Assembly: GCA_964016885.1 (NCBI GenBank)
Contig: OZ024742.1
Span: forward strand, 247,194,001-247,258,000
Direction: 5' to 3'
Source: Eledone cirrhosa
Taxonomy: Eukaryota
Length of the DNA stretch: 64,000 bases
Within the stretch, counting starts at the first letter, position 1. Every line of letters begins with the position of its first letter. The translations under genes were made by a program, and so were the position numbers. This document shows positions 59,791 to 64,000 of this stretch, in pieces. The notes beneath the pieces were generated by a model that saw only the letters and a list, made by a program, of their open reading frames with translations, did no database searches and was not told the origin of the DNA.

Positions 59791-60938
59791 ATGATAATAA
59801 TAATAATAATACTAATTGCTTCTACTTTTGGCACAAGGCCAGCAATTATCCCTCGGCGGGATTTGAACTCAGAGGTTAGCTTTGCCTTCCTTCCTTACGA
59901 GGTCGATAAAATAAAGTACCAGTAATGCACTGGGATAATTGCTGACCTTGTGCCAAAAGTAGAAGCAATTATTATTATTATTATCTTAATATATATATAT
60001 ATATATTCCTTCTGCCCTATGAGGGAGGTTAGTTTTAGAACGTCTCTTCTACTGTACAGTAGTGCCCATAACTGTAACGCGAAATATAAAGTCACGGATA
60101 AAGGTTAAGTGTATAAAATCTTATGATAAACATGATTAGAGTGTTGGGTTTACAATAGTGAGGATGTGAGTTCGATTGTCGAACCGGGCTTTGCGTCGTG
60201 TTCTTGAGCAAAACACTTTATTTCACGTTGTTCCACTTTACTGGTTCCAAACTGTAACGGCCATTGTCTTTCTCTTGGACAACATAGGTGGCGTGTAGAG
60301 GGGAGAATGTTATGCCTAGACTTGTGCCTCAGAGGGAAACTTTCAAGGTTCAAATCCCATGGTCATTTGTAACAGAAGGGGGTCGTTACCCCTTATATAT
60401 ATATATGTATATATATCATTATCTATAAAATGCAGTGGATTGGCAGGGCGGTGGATTGGCAGTATCGGTAGAAGTTCGGACGCCATGCTTCGACGCATAG
60501 AGTTACGGCCCTTGCCATTCTGAGTTCGAATCCCGCCGAGGTTAACTTTGCCTTTCATCCTTACGGGGTCGATAAAATAAAGTACCAGTAATGCACTGGG
60601 TTATTGCTGGCCTTGTGCCAAAAGTAGAAACAATTATCTACAAAAGGCAGATTGTTGTGTGTGTGTGTGTGTGTGCATGTTCCATGTTTATACATTTGCA
60701 CAATTTCAAACCGATTCGGCTCAACCTCTGTAAGAATGTTGTAAATGGTCGAACGTAGGTCAACGACTATTTATTTCATTCAAAGTCACCAACAATGACG
60801 GAAATAATCGATAAAACTAAATACATGACGCGTTACCCCTCTAATACAATCTGAATTACTCTCTCTACTTCCCTTAAAATTCGATAAAACTACATACATG
60901 CTGCAACTTTCTCTTATATACGATTAAACTTACAAACT

Positions 60939-60982
<44 letters not shown>

Positions 60983-61204
60983 GAGGGTGAGCGAGAGAAG
61001 GAACGTTTGTTTTTGAGTGTGGAACGGTCAAACATTTATTTACTTCAATGACAAAGAGAACTTATTACATTTCATACGAAACAACAATTATTCAAAAGCA
61101 ACAGATGAATTTATTCAACAACAAAAAATAGCGATAAATCTTTTTAAAATCATCTATCAACGAACGTGGAAGAAAGATGTATCAGTTCATTTACTATACA
61201 CAAT

Positions 61205-61480
61205 AATATCCTCTATGAGGTCACTAAACCAGCTAGAAACAGCAGCTAACTCTCCCCCATATCACACCCCTCCCTACTGTCTTAAATTTAGAAAACATAT
61301 CCTCTATGAGGTCACTAAACCTGCTAGATACAGCAGCTAAATCTCCCCCATATCACACCACTCCCTACTGTCTTAAATTTAGAAAACATATTCTCTAGGA
61401 GGTCAATAAACCTGTTAGAACCAGCAGCTAACTCGCCCCATATCGCCCCCCCCCCCCTACTGTCTTTAATTTAGAAAACA
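61205..61480. repeat. Three tandem about 91-bp units of a dispersed repeat
   Basis: ATATCCTCTATGAGGTCACTAAACC..CAGCAGCTAA..CTACTGTCTTAAATTTAGAAAACA repeated three times. Confidence 0.85.
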
Positions 61481-63293
61481 CACATTAGACAACCATGCAG
61501 AACAACTCCATCGCAGATCTGTTGTTCGGCTGGCATCGTCTACGCGCGTGTTGCGCAAGTATTGTGAAACAATAAATTTTAACACTTCTTTGCACAGAGG
61601 TAATATCCATAGGCGAAATTACAATTGTCACTGCTGGTGCAGCTCCTGTTTCGGCAGTCCAGGTTTGCAATTCATACACCCAGTGCCTGGCAGACAAAAA
61701 AGTGCTGCCATAAAATGGGTGGTGCAACCTAACTTTGGTAACTTACTGACCCCGAGCAACGTCAGGCTTTAATGCTAGTATATATATATAATTTAAGTTA
61801 GTTTGTTATAATTTAAAGTAGAATTGTTGCAACAAATTAATTAAAGCACTCAACGTTTTGCAAGTCATCCTTCATAGATGTGACATCCAGTGGTTGGTGC
61901 AGGTACGGGTACGGAGTAAAGTATTCATTAAACAACATCAGATGTCCGGACTGGAAATCTTTCTTTAGAATTTTAATTCTCCGAAATCAATATACATATT
62001 TCTATTACCCAGCTCCATCAATTATGATGCAAGACAAGTCTATCTCATGAGGCTTCATCCACAGAATTACTTAACAGGATTACATTGAACCCAAACATAT
62101 TATGGAAAATAGTGGAAAAAGAAATATATGTGTGTGTGCGTGGGGGGGGGAGGGGTATGTGTGGGCGTGTGTGTGTATTATGTTACTATTTTACCAGCTC
62201 ACGGGGAATGATAAATTAAGAACCAAACCTTCTTCTACCCACCTCTCCCAGCTGTCAGATCCTGGATGTTGGACTAGATCAACTGTTAGAACGTTAAGGG
62301 TTGTGTCTGTTTGCTATTCAATGGACATCCAAAACAATTAGCGAAAGCAACATATATGCTACTATGTTATCCTCGATTGCTATTGACGACAGTCATTTTT
62401 TTTTTCAGATTTTTTGGTTAGCCTGTTTTCTTTTTCTTTTGTCTATAACTACAAGTCTTCAGTTAATAAGACAATTGCTGCGATACCATGTGGGTGTTAT
62501 TAATAATAAAGAGCTCTGAACAAAAAATATATTTAGAAATATGTTTTCCTTCAAAGTTTTAGTTTTATCATGATTTCCACCTTTAAGAGACTATAACTAC
62601 AAGGATCAAAAATACACTGGTTTTCTCATAAAATAATCTGCTCGAAACATCACCTTATATTTTAGAACCAATGTTTCTATCCTAATACGAATCTAACGAG
62701 AAAATTAACGGTCAGGATATATGGCAGTTATGAATTCTTCAGTTAAACTAGATTTAAATAGCCCGAAATATAGAAAAGGTTTCATTGCCAAAATATGGAG
62801 GCAAAAAATAGATTTGTGGTGAATAACTTGTGAGAATAATATACCCTCGGGTATATTGCGATGGAAGGAAAATGGAAGAGAGAATGGAAGGAAATATAGC
62901 ATTGGCACCGTCCATAGATTAGCAAGATGTTTTAACTATTCTGTTCGTCTTTTTCTGTCTACGCCCTCTCTCTCTCTCTCTACCTATCTATATGAATCTG
63001 TGTGTGTGTGTACGTACATACCTGAATGCGCACATGTGTGTATATATGTTCGTGTGTGATTGTATTTGTATTCGAGTATGTGTGTGCGTGAGTGTATGTG
63101 TGAATTAACTAAACACATACACATGTACATGAAAATGAAGCTTATACATTTTAATTCGCCTAATCGAGACGTTCACTGAGACTAGTCTACCATTAATCAG
63201 AAATTACTTGGGGCTATGACTAACGTATATATATATATGTATAATATACATACATGCACATTCACACACACGCACACACACACGCGCGCACGC

Positions 63294-63326
<33 letters not shown>

Positions 63327-63821
63327 GATATATATATATATATACATGCGTACTTTTTCTCAAAAATATTGGTTTTTCGTTCCTTCTGATTCGCTATCTT
63401 TCTATTATATCTTCTATTTATTTTTCATTCTCAAGATGGAGGACAAGTGTCCAAAACGTACAAATTTTTTTCCCTATTAGATTAAGTATTAAGCTAATAT
63501 ATTTCTTAATTGTAATGTGTTGTTTGCTTTGATGTTTCCGTTTGCTTTTTGCATTCTGTTCGAATGTCATGACTCTTTTCCTACTATATCAAGTGTTAAA
63601 CTGATATATTTCTTCAATGTACTGTGTCGTTTGCCTTGTTATTTCTGTTTACCTTTTGTATGTGTGCGCACAGACATACAGACACACACATACACACAAA
63701 GACGCACACAGAAACACACGCACACACACACACATAGAGACGCACACAGACAAACACACACAAACACACAGACGCACACACACACAAACACACTTACACA
63801 AACATATATATATATATATAT

Positions 63822-63933
63822 ATGGAAAAAATGAAACGAAATTTCATTTCTCACTCACTCTTAGTACGACTGTTACTTAAATATAAGTATGTATACGTAC
63901 ATACATATAGGTATACAGACGTACAGCAGTATG

Positions 63934-63976
<43 letters not shown>

Positions 63977-64000
63977 ACTACTGTACGCCTGTATACATAT
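63822..64000 (-). mobile_element. Family A repeat running off the window end
   Basis: Matches 30452-30565. Confidence 0.75.

Noticed and set aside
61790-62100. Pogo/Tigger transposase relic (HQPLDV)
   Set aside because: Single short motif with no supporting frame

Overview
AT-rich, microsatellite-dense animal genomic DNA, most likely a cephalopod (octopus-like SINEs; this is inference). I found no credible host exon and no intact gene. There is one 200-N gap. Nearly all short ORFs in the track are microsatellite artefacts. The window is a nest of transposon relics: Penelope-like elements (PLE; RT and GIY-YIG fragments), a near-complete L1/Tx1-like ORF2, R4/Dong-, CRE-, RTE- and CR1/L2-like LINE fragments, tRNA-derived SINEs, mariner and hAT relics, a MITE and a 40-bp minisatellite. 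The main hidden signal is RNA-level. Reading both strands by eye gives about 22 type I hammerhead ribozyme (HHR) motifs from about 11 unrelated repeat families. These include two families with a compensatory U3-A8 core, several with very long stem II, and non-coding 304-, 419- and 591-nt retrozyme-like units. Several fold-back inverted repeats have their apex in HHR stem II, suggesting hairpin-primed snap-back during reverse transcription. A twister-like fold may sit at the 5' end of an RTE-derived non-autonomous element. All folds were assigned by eye, none is tested, and repeat boundaries are approximate.
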